A stretch of DNA of 64,000 nucleotides from Loktanella sp. (GCA_024635625.1 JAGXIQ010000112.1:74121-138120), one strand, 5' to 3'; shown: positions 29,315 to 40,278, counted from the stretch's first letter. The notes: generated by a model from the letters alone, not told the origin. Translations and numbers: made by a program.

Positions 29315-30201
29315 TCCCCGGTAAGCTGACGCATCAAATCGTCGAGCTGGGCGAGAGTTTTGTATGCAATTGTCAACTTCCCACCCTCCTGCCCCGACGC
29401 GTGGTCGATAGTAACAGCCATCCGAAGTGCGGCCGTCAGTTCACGTTCCAACATGATAGTATCAGGATCTTTTTCCCGACTTCGCCCCTGCCCGGCCGTG
29501 CGACCGGCGGATGGACCTTTTTTCATAAGGCGCTCCGCTTCTCGGACAGACATCTGCTTGCTGATGATCTGCTGGGCCAAAGCCTTTGCGTCTGGGTGCC
29601 CAACGAGCGTCCGGGCGTGTCCTGCGGTCAATTGACCCTCTGACAACCAAGAAAGGACTTCCTCGGGCAACTGTAGAAGACGCATCTGGTTCGCAATGTG
29701 ACTGCGACTCTTTCCAAGAGCGGTCGCAAGTTGATCTTGTGTATGACCGAAGCGATCCATCAACTGACGATAGCCTGCTGCCTCATCTACTGGGTTAAGG
29801 TCGGCCCGCTGAATATTCTCGATAATTGCGATTTCAAGAACTTCGGTGTCATTAAAATCCCGGACCAAGACAGGGAGTTCGTGCAGCTGGGCCATCTGGG
29901 ACGCACGCCAACGGCGCTCACCAGCGACAATCTCGAACATATTAGGATCTTCGGGTGCAATCCGAACAATTAGCGGTTGGATCACACCTTTTTCGCGGAT
30001 CGAGTCCGCAAGATCAGACAAAGCATCTGCGTCAAAAGTCCGCCTTGGCTGATCAGGATTTGGTCTAATCCGCTCCACCGGAACATTCATATCGGGACGA
30101 CGTGGACTGGATGTTGTATCATCTGACTGATCGGCCGCAACATCTGCCATTAGTGCTGAAAGTCCGCGACCTAAGCCGCGCGATTTTGGTGACATAGCCA
30201 T
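29311..30201 (-). CDS. parB: Chromosome partitioning protein ParB
   Basis: GLGRGLSAL, NPDQPRR, GVIQPL, IVAGERRWRA, IIENIQRADL, GKSRSHIAN. Confidence 0.98.
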   Translation of the reverse strand: MAMSPKSRGLGRGLSALMADVAADQSDDTTSSPRRPDMNVPVERIRPNPDQPRRTFDADALSDLADSIREKGVIQPLIVRIAPEDPNMFEIVAGERRWRASQMAQLHELPVLVRDFNDTEVLEIAIIENIQRADLNPVDEAAGYRQLMDRFGHTQDQLATALGKSRSHIANQMRLLQLPEEVLSWLSEGQLTAGHARTLVGHPDAKALAQQIISKQMSVREAERLMKKGPSAGRTAGQGRSREKDPDTIMLERELTAALRMAVTIDHASGQEGGKLTIAYKTLAQLDDLMRQLTGD

Positions 30202-31019
30202 CAGCTGACCCTTTGCAGTGGAACGTTGTCTTTCGTCATGATTTCAATCGCTAGCCGACGGTAGGCTTGGCTGCCAGCAGATTGCGTATCGTAAATAAGA
30301 GCCGGAAGCGCATAAGATGGCGCTTCACTAAGGCGCACATTGCGCGGGATAACTGTCGCAAAAACCAACGGCCCGAGGTTTTCGCGGGCGTCCGCCTCTA
30401 CCTGTTGAGACAGGTTATTGCGACGGTCGTACATCGTCAAAACAACACCTGCAATCCGAAGTGACTTGTTAGCGGTCTGACGTACCTCACGGATTGTCAA
30501 CATAAGCTGCGATAACCCCTCCAGTGCGAAAAATTCGCTCTGCAGTGGCACAATGACTGCATGTGCTGCAACCATCGCATTAACCGTCAATATGTTGAGG
30601 GAGGGAGGACAATCGATCAGGATATAGTCGAAACCGAAATCATCCATCGGCAATTGCCGCAAGGCATCGTGCAGCAGATACGATCGCTTTTCATTTGAAA
30701 TAAGTTCGATATCTGCGGAACTGAGGTCTGTCGTTGCAGGGATGATAGATAAATTTTCGACGGTTGTTGGTTGGATCGCCTCTAAGGGTGACGCATCTCC
30801 AACGAGAAAATCATACGTTGTGACGTCACGCATTTTCGGGCCAATCCCTAAACCCGTCGAAGCATTTCCCTGCGGATCAAGGTCAATCAACAGTACTTTC
30901 TGACCCTGCTCTGCCAGCGCTGCACCAAGATTGATTGTCGTCGTCGTTTTACCTACCCCACCCTTCTGGTTAGCAATCGCGAAAATCTTTGCGGTTAGCG
31001 ATGTGTCAGTCAGCGGCAC
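30201..31019 (-). CDS. parA: Chromosome partitioning ATPase ParA
   Basis: ANQKGGVGKTTT, DLDPQGNAST, IDCPPSL, IPRNVRLSEAPS. Confidence 0.98.
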   Translation of the reverse strand: MPLTDTSLTAKIFAIANQKGGVGKTTTTINLGAALAEQGQKVLLIDLDPQGNASTGLGIGPKMRDVTTYDFLVGDASPLEAIQPTTVENLSIIPATTDLSSADIELISNEKRSYLLHDALRQLPMDDFGFDYILIDCPPSLNILTVNAMVAAHAVIVPLQSEFFALEGLSQLMLTIREVRQTANKSLRIAGVVLTMYDRRNNLSQQVEADARENLGPLVFATVIPRNVRLSEAPSYALPALIYDTQSAGSQAYRRLAIEIMTKDNVPLQRVS

Positions 31020-31629
31020 GGCGAATATCCTTGATCTGCATTATGCGGGCATCGGGATCAGTTTGGCTAATGTGCGGGATCATATCGAAGGTCCAATTTT
31101 TTTGAGCCAGTGTGATCTCTTGTGTAAAATTTCGCCCCTTTTGAAAGAGCGCCGTACCACCTGATTGAAGCATTTTGTCCGCGAAAGATAGGAGTTGATT
31201 GAGCGGTGCGAGTGCGCGCGCCGTCACAATATCGCACTCGACCGATGTAAGAGATTCGATACGAACTGACTTTACTTCGGCCGTTAACTGCAATTCTCGC
31301 ACGACAGTTCTCAGAAAGGCCGCTTTACGCTGGTCGCTCTCAATCAAGATTACCCTAAGATCAGGCTGTCGTTCCATCGCCATAACCGCAAGGACAATTC
31401 CAGGCAATCCGCCGCCACTTCCAAGATCATACAATGAACGCGCGTCGGCCGGGATAAGGTCATAAAGCTGAGCTGAATCAATAATGTGACGTTGCCACGC
31501 ATCTGTTATTGTCGACGGAGCAATTAAGTTGATCGACTTTGTCCACTTTAGGAGCAGACTTTGATAGGCATTTAACTTTTCGAATGTTTCACGTGAAACA
31601 TTTTTCAGTCCATTAAACGGCAACGTCAT
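31006..31629 (-). CDS. rsmG: 16S rRNA m7G527 methyltransferase
   Basis: [38 protein letters not shown]. Confidence 0.96.
   Translation of the reverse strand: MTLPFNGLKNVSRETFEKLNAYQSLLLKWTKSINLIAPSTITDAWQRHIIDSAQLYDLIPADARSLYDLGSGGGLPGIVLAVMAMERQPDLRVILIESDQRKAAFLRTVVRELQLTAEVKSVRIESLTSVECDIVTARALAPLNQLLSFADKMLQSGGTALFQKGRNFTQEITLAQKNWTFDMIPHISQTDPDARIMQIKDIRRAAD
31585..31600. promoter_or_regulatory. parS centromere site inside rsmG
   Basis: Perfect palindrome TGTTTCACGTGAAACA. Confidence 0.95.
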
Positions 31630-33503
31630 ACGGCCCGGCTCACGGCCGACCGACGGATCGCAGCGGCAATCAGTAGCGTTGCTGCTGGCGTCATGCCTTC
31701 AATCTGCGCGAGCTGCGCGACAGTCTCGGGCGCAAAACGCGATATCTTTGACTTTAACTCATTAGAGAGCCCCGAAAGAGAATCAAAACGAAAATCAGGG
31801 GGAATACGTAAAGCCTCGTCACGTTGAAGCGCGTCGACATCACGCTGTTGGCGCTTAATATAGTGAGCGTAAAGGGCGTCGTTTTTCACTTGGGTTCCGA
31901 TTTCGGGTAAAATGCCGCTTAAGTCACCGCGAAGTGTCTGTAATGCCGGAAAATCAAAATCAGATAGCGAAAGAGCCGATAGCGCCGACCTGCGCGGACC
32001 GTCAGAGTTAATGTTTACACCTGACGCAGCCAACTCTGCCGCAGATAACGTTATATCGTCCAGATGCCCTAACAACTCTGCAATTTTTGTCATCTTCTCC
32101 TGAAAACTACTCCAGCGCTCTTCACCGACCAAGTCATGTTCCCTACCCCAAGCAGTCAGACGCTGGTCGGCATTGTCCGCGCGAAGCGCTAGCCGGAATT
32201 CGGCCCGCGATGTGAACATTCGATATGGCTCGGTTACGCCCTTACTTGTTAGATCGTCGATCATCACGCCTATATAGGATGTCGTACGGCTAAAAACTGC
32301 GGGTGCTAAATTTTTAGATCTGCGCGCTGCATTTAGCCCCGCCACGAGACCTTGTGCAGCAGCTTCTTCGTAGCCCGTAGTACCATTAATTTGGCCAGCT
32401 AAATACAAACCGGGGCAGGTCTTCAATGACAAGGCTGTCGTTAAGTTTCGCGGATCGACGTAATCATATTCGATTGCATATCCCGGCTGCAAAATTGTCG
32501 CGTTTTCAAGACCTGGGATAGAATGAACGTAGTCCGACTGAACGTCAGCGGGCAACGACGTTGAAATACCGTTTGGATATACGACGTCAGTCGTCAAACC
32601 TTCTGGTTCAAGGAAAATCTGGTGGGAACTTTTCTCGGCGAACCGAGTCACTTTATCTTCAATCGACGGGCAATACCGCGGACCCACACCTTCAATATGT
32701 CCGCCATACATGGCAGATCGGCCTAGATTGGCCCTAATGATATTGTGAGTATGCTCTGTCGTATGGGTAATGCCGCAAACGATCTGCTTGGCTTGGATCC
32801 CTTTTGACAAAAAAGAGAATAGCGATGGATCTTTGTCCCCTTCTTGCCGATCAAGGGAGTCCCATTTAATCGTTTTTCCATCAAGCCTGGGCGGCGTTCC
32901 TGTTTTGAGACGGCCCATTTTTAGACCAAAGGTATCCAACCGTTCTGCCATGCGTACGGAAGCATTATCGCCCATCCGTCCACCAGGGTGTCGTTGATCA
33001 CCTATATGGATTATACCACGCAAAAATGTGCCGGTCGTTAAAACCATAGAACGTGTCTTTAGCTGTGTCCCGTCGGCCAAGGAAACACCTGCGACTTCCC
33101 CCTGCTCAAGATTGAAATCGACGACTTCGCCAGCAAGAATGGTGAGGTTAGCCTGTTCCGCTAACTTCGCCTGCATTGCGTCACGATATAGAATTCTATC
33201 GGACTGAGTGCGCGGGCCCTGAACGGCCGGCCCCTTGGTCCTGTTTAACAGCCGAAATTGAATGCCCGATAAATCAGCAACCTGGCCCATAGCACCACCT
33301 AGGGCATCGATTTCGCGTACAAGGTGGCCTTTACCAAGGCCGCCAATCGCTGGGTTGCAGGACATCACGCCAATACCGTCAAGCGCCAATGTTACCAGAG
33401 CAGTACGCGCACCTGTTCTAGCCGCCGCAAGGGCCGCTTCACTACCTGCATGGCCACCCCCAACGACAACCACGTCAAAATGTTTCACGTGAAACATCAT
33501 CAT
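31626..33503 (-). CDS. mnmG: tRNA uridine-5-carboxymethylaminomethyl modification enzyme MnmG (GidA)
   Basis: [58 protein letters not shown]; start may be 33503, 33497 or GTG 33488. Confidence 0.98.
   Translation of the reverse strand: MMMFHVKHFDVVVVGGGHAGSEAALAAARTGARTALVTLALDGIGVMSCNPAIGGLGKGHLVREIDALGGAMGQVADLSGIQFRLLNRTKGPAVQGPRTQSDRILYRDAMQAKLAEQANLTILAGEVVDFNLEQGEVAGVSLADGTQLKTRSMVLTTGTFLRGIIHIGDQRHPGGRMGDNASVRMAERLDTFGLKMGRLKTGTPPRLDGKTIKWDSLDRQEGDKDPSLFSFLSKGIQAKQIVCGITHTTEHTHNIIRANLGRSAMYGGHIEGVGPRYCPSIEDKVTRFAEKSSHQIFLEPEGLTTDVVYPNGISTSLPADVQSDYVHSIPGLENATILQPGYAIEYDYVDPRNLTTALSLKTCPGLYLAGQINGTTGYEEAAAQGLVAGLNAARRSKNLAPAVFSRTTSYIGVMIDDLTSKGVTEPYRMFTSRAEFRLALRADNADQRLTAWGREHDLVGEERWSSFQEKMTKIAELLGHLDDITLSAAELAASGVNINSDGPRRSALSALSLSDFDFPALQTLRGDLSGILPEIGTQVKNDALYAHYIKRQQRDVDALQRDEALRIPPDFRFDSLSGLSNELKSKISRFAPETVAQLAQIEGMTPAATLLIAAAIRRSAVSRAV
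33481..33496. promoter_or_regulatory. parS centromere site at the start of mnmG
   Basis: Perfect palindrome TGTTTCACGTGAAACA. Confidence 0.95.
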
Positions 33504-34765
33504 TTTCCAATGCAAAAGCTGAGAAAAATCTCGTCTAGAAGGTCCTCTACATCTACCCGCCCTACGATCATGTCAACCGCGCGCGTCGCTGCCCGAAGGT
33601 CTTCTGCGATTAAATCAGGCGGACCGCTCGTAAGTATTAAATCGTTCGCGGCGGCTATATCTGTCACGCCCCGGGACATTGCATCACGATGACGCGTTCG
33701 GATGGCAAAACCAGCACCAGCAGTGCGGCGTGATAAAATTTCTGCCACCAACAGCACCATCGCGTCAATTCCATTACCGGTTAAGCCGGAAATGCCATTG
33801 GCCCCGCTATCAACTTTCGCTTTCAAAACGAGGTCTTCGCCAGTGGGTTCAAAAGGAGGTTTTTCCCCATCCTCTACGAGGAACAGCCTGAGGTCAGCGG
33901 CCTTTGCGCGATTTTGAGCAAGAGCAACACCTAAACCTTCCACAACATCAGTTGTTTCCCGAATTCCTGCAGTATCTAGCAAAGTAACGGCAAGGCCCCC
34001 AAGATCCATGCGAACTTCAATCACATCACGGGTCGTCCCCGCGATATCAGACGTAATTGCTGCTGAACGACCCGCTAACCTGTTTAGAAGCGTCGACTTA
34101 CCGACATTGGGTCGGCCCACAATCGCGACTTCGAACCCGGTGCGAATCCGCTCTGCCGCCCCTGCCCCAGCGATTTGGTGCTGCATTGAAACGCTAACTT
34201 GCCCAAGCAAGCCCAATACCTCTGGATAAACATCCACTGGAACATCTTCATCAACGAAATCAATTGTTGCCTCGATCAAAGCTCCTGCTCTGATGAGCTT
34301 CCGCCGCCAATCCTCAGCTAAGTGCCCCAGTGCACCACCAAAGACAGCCATGGCCTGTTTTCGTTGCGCCTCTGTTTCAGCATCAATCAGGTCTGCCAGA
34401 CCTTCAACTTGCGCAAGATCTAGTCGACCGTTTTCGAGGGCTCGTCGGGTGAATTCACCAGCTTCAGCCATACGTCCACCTAACGTCGACAACTGCTCAA
34501 GCACGGCGGATACAATAGCCACGCTTCCGTGGACATGAAGTTCAATGACAGCTTCACCGGTAAAACTATGACCTTTTTCGAATCGTAAGACCAATGCCTG
34601 ATCCAGCACCGCACCAGACGAGTCGTAAAGCTTTCGAACCCCACGCACCGACGGGACGCTAGACATCAAACGCGCCGCTATATCAAAAGCATTTGGCCCA
34701 GATATGCGTAAAACGGAAACGCCCGCCCGGCCATGGGCCGAGGCGAGCGCATAAATCGTATCCAT
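33500..34765 (-). CDS. mnmE: tRNA modification GTPase MnmE (TrmE)
   Basis: [44 protein letters not shown]. Confidence 0.97.
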   Translation of the reverse strand: MDTIYALASAHGRAGVSVLRISGPNAFDIAARLMSSVPSVRGVRKLYDSSGAVLDQALVLRFEKGHSFTGEAVIELHVHGSVAIVSAVLEQLSTLGGRMAEAGEFTRRALENGRLDLAQVEGLADLIDAETEAQRKQAMAVFGGALGHLAEDWRRKLIRAGALIEATIDFVDEDVPVDVYPEVLGLLGQVSVSMQHQIAGAGAAERIRTGFEVAIVGRPNVGKSTLLNRLAGRSAAITSDIAGTTRDVIEVRMDLGGLAVTLLDTAGIRETTDVVEGLGVALAQNRAKAADLRLFLVEDGEKPPFEPTGEDLVLKAKVDSGANGISGLTGNGIDAMVLLVAEILSRRTAGAGFAIRTRHRDAMSRGVTDIAAANDLILTSGPPDLIAEDLRAATRAVDMIVGRVDVEDLLDEIFLSFCIGK

Positions 34766-34793
34766 AGGTCAACCTACTGGAAATAAAACGAAA

Positions 34794-36068
34794 TTAAGTG
34801 TTCATCGAGTCGAAGAAGTCAGAATTTGTTTTGGTCTGCTTCAACTTACCAATAAGGAACTCGATCGCATCAGTGGTACCCATCGGGTTCAAAATGCGCC
34901 GCAGCACGTATGTTTTAGCAAGATCAGACTTTTCGACCAAAAGCTCTTCTTTACGAGTGCCGGACTTTAGAATGTCCATCGCTGGGAATACGCGCTTATC
35001 AGCAACCTTACGATCCAAAACAATTTCAGAGTTACCCGTGCCTTTGAACTCTTCGAAAATAACCTCGTCCATACGCGACCCAGTGTCGATCAGCGCTGTC
35101 GCGATGATTGTGAGCGAGCCGCCCTCTTCGATGTTACGGGCAGCACCAAAGAACCGCTTTGGACGTTGCAGGGCGTTTGCATCAACACCACCGGTCAAGA
35201 CCTTACCTGAAGACGGCACCGTCGTGTTGAACGCCCGACCCAAGCGTGTAATCGAATCCAACAGAATAACGACATCACGCTTATGTTCGACCAAACGCTT
35301 GGCTTTTTCGATCACCATCTCAGAAACGGCAACATGCCGCGTCGCAGGCTCGTCAAAAGTCGAAGATACAACCTCGCCTTTGACGCTTCGCTGCATGTCA
35401 GTTACTTCTTCCGGACGTTCATCAATCAGCAAAACAATCAGATAAATCTCGGGGTGATTTTTCTCGATCGAGTGCGCAATGTTTTGCAACAACACTGTTT
35501 TACCAGTCCGCGGCGGTGCCACGATCAGGGACCGTTGCCCCTTGCCGATAGGAGATACGAGATCGATGATTCGGGCAGATTTGTCTTTTTTATCGTACTC
35601 GGAATCAACTTCCATCTTTAGCCGCTCATCCGGATAAAGTGGCGTCAGGTTTTCGAAAGCTACCTTGTGCTTCGTCTTCTCGGGATCTTCAAAGTTGATC
35701 TGCTCAACCGTTTTCAAAGCAAAGTAACGCTCGTTGTCGTTGGGTTCTTTCATGGTCCCCTCGACCGTATCGCCCGTTGACAGCGAATACTGACGAATCA
35801 TCTCAGGAGACACATAAATGTCATCAGGTCCAGGAAGATAGTTCGCCTCAGGCGATCTTAAAAAACCAAAACCGTCTTGCAGAACTTCTAAAACTCCGTC
35901 GCCACCGATTAACCATTCCTCGTCTGCACGCTCTCGCAGGATGGCGAACATCATATCGCCCTTCCGCATGGTCGAAGCGTTTTCGATCTCCAGCTCTTCA
36001 GCCATGGAAAGGAGATCCTTCGGGCTTTGGGCCTTCAGGTCAGCAAGGTTCAGACGGTGTTCAGACAT
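34794..36068 (-). CDS. rho: Transcription termination factor Rho
   Basis: [51 protein letters not shown]; start near ATG 36068. Confidence 0.99.
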   Translation of the reverse strand: MSEHRLNLADLKAQSPKDLLSMAEELEIENASTMRKGDMMFAILRERADEEWLIGGDGVLEVLQDGFGFLRSPEANYLPGPDDIYVSPEMIRQYSLSTGDTVEGTMKEPNDNERYFALKTVEQINFEDPEKTKHKVAFENLTPLYPDERLKMEVDSEYDKKDKSARIIDLVSPIGKGQRSLIVAPPRTGKTVLLQNIAHSIEKNHPEIYLIVLLIDERPEEVTDMQRSVKGEVVSSTFDEPATRHVAVSEMVIEKAKRLVEHKRDVVILLDSITRLGRAFNTTVPSSGKVLTGGVDANALQRPKRFFGAARNIEEGGSLTIIATALIDTGSRMDEVIFEEFKGTGNSEIVLDRKVADKRVFPAMDILKSGTRKEELLVEKSDLAKTYVLRRILNPMGTTDAIEFLIGKLKQTKTNSDFFDSMNT

Positions 36069-36189
36069 GGGTAAAGTTCCAGGCGCCATATTGGGCACAT
36101 CAAATAAGGTGAGGTCGGGAAAACGCATGACACCCGGACGGGCTACGTCTGCTTGGATTAAGCCGCACGACCCAATAAGTCAACGTATC

Positions 36190-36636
36190 TCAAAACGGCT
36201 TTACGATCACAGCAATCACAGCGACGACCATCAACAGCGTCGGCACCTCATTCGCGATGCGGTAAGTCCGGCCTGTGCGTGTATTACGCCCTACTGCAAA
36301 ATCCTTACGACGCGCCGCCATCCACATATGTGCACCTGTCATTGCAATAACAGCGCCAAGCTTGGCCCAACCCCAAATAGCACTGAAATCAAGTCCATCC
36401 ATCCCAACCAACAACGCACCGCAGATCCACGCAGTGATCATTGCGGGGTTCATAATGACCCGCAGCAGCTTTTCTTCCATAATCCTGAACGTCTGATCGA
36501 GCTCGGATCCGACTTTAGCGCGCTCCACGTGGTAGACGAACAATCTTGGCAAATAGAACAGGCCTGCCATCCAAGCGATAACGGCCATGACGTGAAGCGC
36601 CTTGATCCACGGGTAGTACGGTACGAGCAAGTCCAT
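36190..36636 (-). CDS. hemJ: Protoporphyrinogen oxidase HemJ
   Basis: WIKALHVMAVIAWMAGLFYLPRLFVYH, MEEKLLRVIMNPAM, NEVPT, VKPF. Confidence 0.92.
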   Translation of the reverse strand: MDLLVPYYPWIKALHVMAVIAWMAGLFYLPRLFVYHVERAKVGSELDQTFRIMEEKLLRVIMNPAMITAWICGALLVGMDGLDFSAIWGWAKLGAVIAMTGAHMWMAARRKDFAVGRNTRTGRTYRIANEVPTLLMVVAVIAVIVKPF

Positions 36637-36639
36637 GAT

Positions 36640-37041
36640 CTTATCCCCGAAAGACGTTCAGCCTTCTTTAAAGAATAAAGAAAGAAAAGAAAGTTGATGA
36701 TGTTTTAGGTAAGGCTAGAATCTGTGGATTATATTTTCATACTCAGACTTATCCCCATAAAACTTGATCAAAGCCAACCTTATAAAATTCTAAGAATATA
36801 ATTTAATATAGTAGTATCAGATAGTTGAATCGCCATAATTGAGAGGATAAACATTCTGTTTACACTTGACTCACGGAACCTGCCAAAGCTGTACACACCC
36901 CCGACTTGTCCCTTCCACACGTTAAGAAGATGTTCATGACTGTGGAAGTTATCCCTCTCTCCAGGACCGACTTGCTCTTGTTCCGTTTCTCACGCAGTTC
37001 TGGTCACATTCAGCACCCAGTTTTTCCAAGAGTTATCCACA
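36640..37041. other. oriC: Chromosomal replication origin (oriC)
   Basis: Most AT-rich intergenic tract in the window, between hemJ and maf. DnaA boxes: TTATCCCCG 36641, TGTGGATTA 36723, TTATCCCCA 36749, perfect TTATCCACA 37033. IHF-like TATCAG-ATAG-TTG 36815-36827. GANTC at 36718, 36827, 36868. parABS immediately to the left. Confidence 0.88.
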
Positions 37042-37640
37042 TGAACCAAGACCTTATTCTTGCCAGTTCCTCTGCGATCCGTGCCACGTTGTTGCGCAAC
37101 GCGAATGTGACATTTCGTACTATGGCAGCCCGGATCGATGAAGACGCTGTGCGTGCTTCTTTGCTGGCAGAAGATGCCACTCCCCGCGACATCGCTGATG
37201 CCTTGGCTGAAATGAAAGCTGCGAAAGTTGCAGCGCGTCATCCAGAGGCGCTGGTGATCGGTTGCGATCAAGTGCTGGCTCTTGGCGCGCACGTGCTGGC
37301 TAAACCGGAGACGCCGGAAGACGCAGTCGCACAACTGACCGCATTGCGCGGCCGGCCACATCAACTGTTGTCCGCTGCCGTCATATTCAGCGAGGGGAAA
37401 CCGCAATGGCGGCACGTTGGCGTGGTTCGCCTGCATATGCGTGACGCGAGTGACGCATATATAGCCGACTATGTTGACCGAAACTGGGAAGAAATCCGTC
37501 ATTGCGTCGGCAGTTATCAAGTCGAAGCTGAAGGTGTGCGACTGTTTCATCGCATTGAAGGAGATTATTTCAATATCCTTGGTTTGCCACTGATGGAACT
37601 CTTGTCATATCTGACATTGCGCGGGACACTACCTGCATGA
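37041..37640 (+). CDS. maf: Maf-family nucleotide pyrophosphatase
   Basis: LILASSSAIR, IDE, VIGCDQVL, KP, L.GRPHQL, FNILGLPL; ATG 37041. Confidence 0.92.
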   Translation: MNQDLILASSSAIRATLLRNANVTFRTMAARIDEDAVRASLLAEDATPRDIADALAEMKAAKVAARHPEALVIGCDQVLALGAHVLAKPETPEDAVAQLTALRGRPHQLLSAAVIFSEGKPQWRHVGVVRLHMRDASDAYIADYVDRNWEEIRHCVGSYQVEAEGVRLFHRIEGDYFNILGLPLMELLSYLTLRGTLPA

Positions 37641-38470
37641 CACGTCCTGACGTCCCCCTTGCTGGTGTAATTGGAAATCCGATCGGTCATTCCCGGTCAC
37701 CGTTGATGCATAAATATTGGCTTCAGCGGTATGATCTGCTGGGCGATTACGTCCGCTTACAAGTGGCGGAACGAGATCTAGAAAGTGTGGTGCGCACCCT
37801 GCCTCGCATGGGTTTTGTTGGTGCTAACGTAACGATCCCGCATAAGACCGCCGTGTTAAAGATTGCCGATTTTATCTCCGACCGCGCGACGTTGATCGGG
37901 GCCGCAAACACACTGATCTTTCGCGAAGACGGTATTATTCACGCTGATAACACCGACGGTTACGGCTTCATGACGAACGTCCGTAACGGCGCGCCAGATT
38001 GGGACCCAAAATCAGGTCCTGCTGTCGTGTTGGGCGCAGGTGGCGCGGCCCGGGCCATCATTGTCGCTTTGGCCGATGCTGGCGTGCCGCAAATTCTTTT
38101 GGCAAATCGCACCCGCAATAAGGCAGAGGCGCTACGCGCTGAATTTGGCCAGCGAATTACTGTCGTCGATTGGGTTCAAGCGGGAAATGTCTTGGAAGAG
38201 GCTGTAATCCTGATCAACACGACCTCGCTTGGCATGACCGGGCAGCCGGAACTACGGGTCCCACTTGACGGTTTGCGGCCCGGCACAGTGGTAACGGATA
38301 TCGTCTATACGCCGCTACAGACAGGCCTGCTGCAAAAGGCTGCCGCGATGGGCTGTGTCACAGTGGATGGCCTAGGTATGCTCTTGCATCAGGGTGTACC
38401 CGGGTTTGAACGCTGGTTTGGCCAGCGGCCAGAGGTCGACGAAGCCCTGCGGGCTGCCGTCCTGGCATGA
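37637..38470 (+). CDS. aroE: Shikimate dehydrogenase
   Basis: GNPIGHSRSP, GANVTIPHK, GAANT, DNTDGYG, LGAGGAARA, DGLGMLLHQ. Confidence 0.97.
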   Translation: MTRPDVPLAGVIGNPIGHSRSPLMHKYWLQRYDLLGDYVRLQVAERDLESVVRTLPRMGFVGANVTIPHKTAVLKIADFISDRATLIGAANTLIFREDGIIHADNTDGYGFMTNVRNGAPDWDPKSGPAVVLGAGGAARAIIVALADAGVPQILLANRTRNKAEALRAEFGQRITVVDWVQAGNVLEEAVILINTTSLGMTGQPELRVPLDGLRPGTVVTDIVYTPLQTGLLQKAAAMGCVTVDGLGMLLHQGVPGFERWFGQRPEVDEALRAAVLA

Positions 38471-39057
38471 CCCATCTGCTGGGGCTGACCGGGTCTATCG
38501 GCATGGGCAAAAGTACCACCGCCGCCATGTTTCGCGACTTTGGTATACCGGTCTGGGATGCAGATGCGACGGTGCATCGGCTTTATGCGAAAGGCGGCGG
38601 CGCTGTCGGGCCTTTGGGTCAGATATTTCCGGACGCCATTGTTGACGACGCCGTATCTCGCCCAGCTTTGAATACGATACTGAAATCCGATCCATCTGCT
38701 TTAGAAACGATAGAAAAAATCGTGCATCCGCTGGTTCAGGCTGACCGTGACGCCTTTCTAGCGGCCCACCCCGGTGATTTGGTCGTTCTTGATATTCCCT
38801 TGCTGTACGAAACAGGTGCCGACAAATGGCTAGATACGGTTCTTGTCGTTAGCGCACCGCCAGATGTGCAGGCCACTCGCGTTTTGGCACGCCCCGGTAT
38901 GACGCAAGACACGCTCGATCTGATCCTGCGCCGACAGACATCAGATGCAGAAAAACGTGCCCTCGCTGATGTGGTGATCGAAACGCTGACACTGGACGGC
39001 ACAAGGCAAGCCGTGCAAAACCTGATTTGCGATCTGACGGGGAAACATTATGCGTGA
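38467..39057 (+). CDS. coaE: Dephospho-CoA kinase
   Basis: GLTGSIGMGKST, DADATVH, IVHP, DIPLLYE. Confidence 0.97.
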   Translation: MTHLLGLTGSIGMGKSTTAAMFRDFGIPVWDADATVHRLYAKGGGAVGPLGQIFPDAIVDDAVSRPALNTILKSDPSALETIEKIVHPLVQADRDAFLAAHPGDLVVLDIPLLYETGADKWLDTVLVVSAPPDVQATRVLARPGMTQDTLDLILRRQTSDAEKRALADVVIETLTLDGTRQAVQNLICDLTGKHYA

Positions 39058-39745
39058 AATCGTTTTAGACACAGAAACGACCGGGTTCGAGCCTGAAGAC
39101 GGCGATCGCATCGTCGAGATCGGCGCGGTTGAACTCATCAATCACATGCCTACCGGCCGCACCTATCACCAATATATCAATCCCCAACGCTCTATGCCAC
39201 AAGGCGCCTTCGAGGTGCATGGTCTTGGTGACGAATTTCTGCGCGACAAGCCGCTGTTTGCGGCCATCGCACAAGATTTTTTGGATTTTATCGGGAACGA
39301 TGCCAAGCTTGTGATACACAATGCCGCGTTTGATATGAAATTTCTAAACGCGGAACTCGGTTGGGTTAAAAAGCCTGCGATTCCAATGGATCGGGCACTT
39401 GATACCCTTGCTATCGCCCGGCGTCGCTTTCCCGGTTCCCCCGCATCACTGGATGCGTTGTGCCGCCGCTTTGGCATCAACAATGATTCACGGACGTTGC
39501 ACGGCGCGTTGCTGGACAGTGAAATTCTTGCGGAAGTTTATCTAGAGCTTATCGGCGGGCGGCAGCCGGACTTCGGTCTATCGACACAAACGACTAAGTC
39601 CAACCCTGGCGCTGATGCAGGCCCGTGGCGAGCAATACCGCGCGAAACGCCCCTGCCTTCTCGGATCACAGAAGAAGAAGCCGCCGCCCACGCTGCGTTC
39701 GTTGCAAAGCTGGGCGACGGTGCTTTATGGAAAAGACTGTCTTAG
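39050..39745 (+). CDS. dnaQ: DNA polymerase III epsilon subunit
   Basis: VLDTETTG, HNAAFD, DTL, SLDALC, HGALLDSEILAEVY. Confidence 0.98.
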   Translation: MREIVLDTETTGFEPEDGDRIVEIGAVELINHMPTGRTYHQYINPQRSMPQGAFEVHGLGDEFLRDKPLFAAIAQDFLDFIGNDAKLVIHNAAFDMKFLNAELGWVKKPAIPMDRALDTLAIARRRFPGSPASLDALCRRFGINNDSRTLHGALLDSEILAEVYLELIGGRQPDFGLSTQTTKSNPGADAGPWRAIPRETPLPSRITEEEAAAHAAFVAKLGDGALWKRLS

Positions 39746-40278
39746 TTGATTGGCTGATTTTCTTGCGCTTTTTTCTGCGCTTCCATCTGGGCGGCCAGTT
39801 TGGCCCGGTAAAGTGCAACGTAGTCGAACTGTTCTAGGTTCAGCGATTGGAAACCGCCTTCGCGGGTCAGGTCAGCGACCAGTTTGCGAACATAAGGAAA
39901 TACCAAGCGCGGGCACTCAATCATAAGATAAGGCCCCATCTGTTCGTCGGGTACACCGGAAATTTGAAAAACACCGGCATAGTCAACTTCTAGGATAAAG
40001 AGTGTTTCGCCCTTTTCCTTTGTCTTGCTGGTGATATTCAACTTGGTGATGACTTCGTATTGATCATCCGCGCCGCGCTTGCGTGCGTCCACGTCGACGC
40101 GGGCCTGAATGTCGGGCGTCGCGTCGCCGCTGATCCCTTTCTGGGCCAGAATGTTTTCGAACGACATGTCGCGCACATACTGCGCGACGATGCGGTTAGT
40201 AATTTGTGGCTGCTGTGCGGGTTGTGGGGCGGGCTGCGCAGCTGCGCCGTTGTTCTCTGGGGTGTCGTTATCGGCCAT
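39742..40278 (-). CDS. secB: Protein-export chaperone SecB
   Basis: QYVRDMSFEN, LFILEVDYAGVF, IECPRLVFPY. Confidence 0.93.
   Translation of the reverse strand: MADNDTPENNGAAAQPAPQPAQQPQITNRIVAQYVRDMSFENILAQKGISGDATPDIQARVDVDARKRGADDQYEVITKLNITSKTKEKGETLFILEVDYAGVFQISGVPDEQMGPYLMIECPRLVFPYVRKLVADLTREGGFQSLNLEQFDYVALYRAKLAAQMEAQKKAQENQPIN

Noticed and set aside
36640-37041. CtrA boxes in oriC, as in Caulobacter
   Set aside because: No TTAA-N7-TTAA spacing found around the TTAA at 36803
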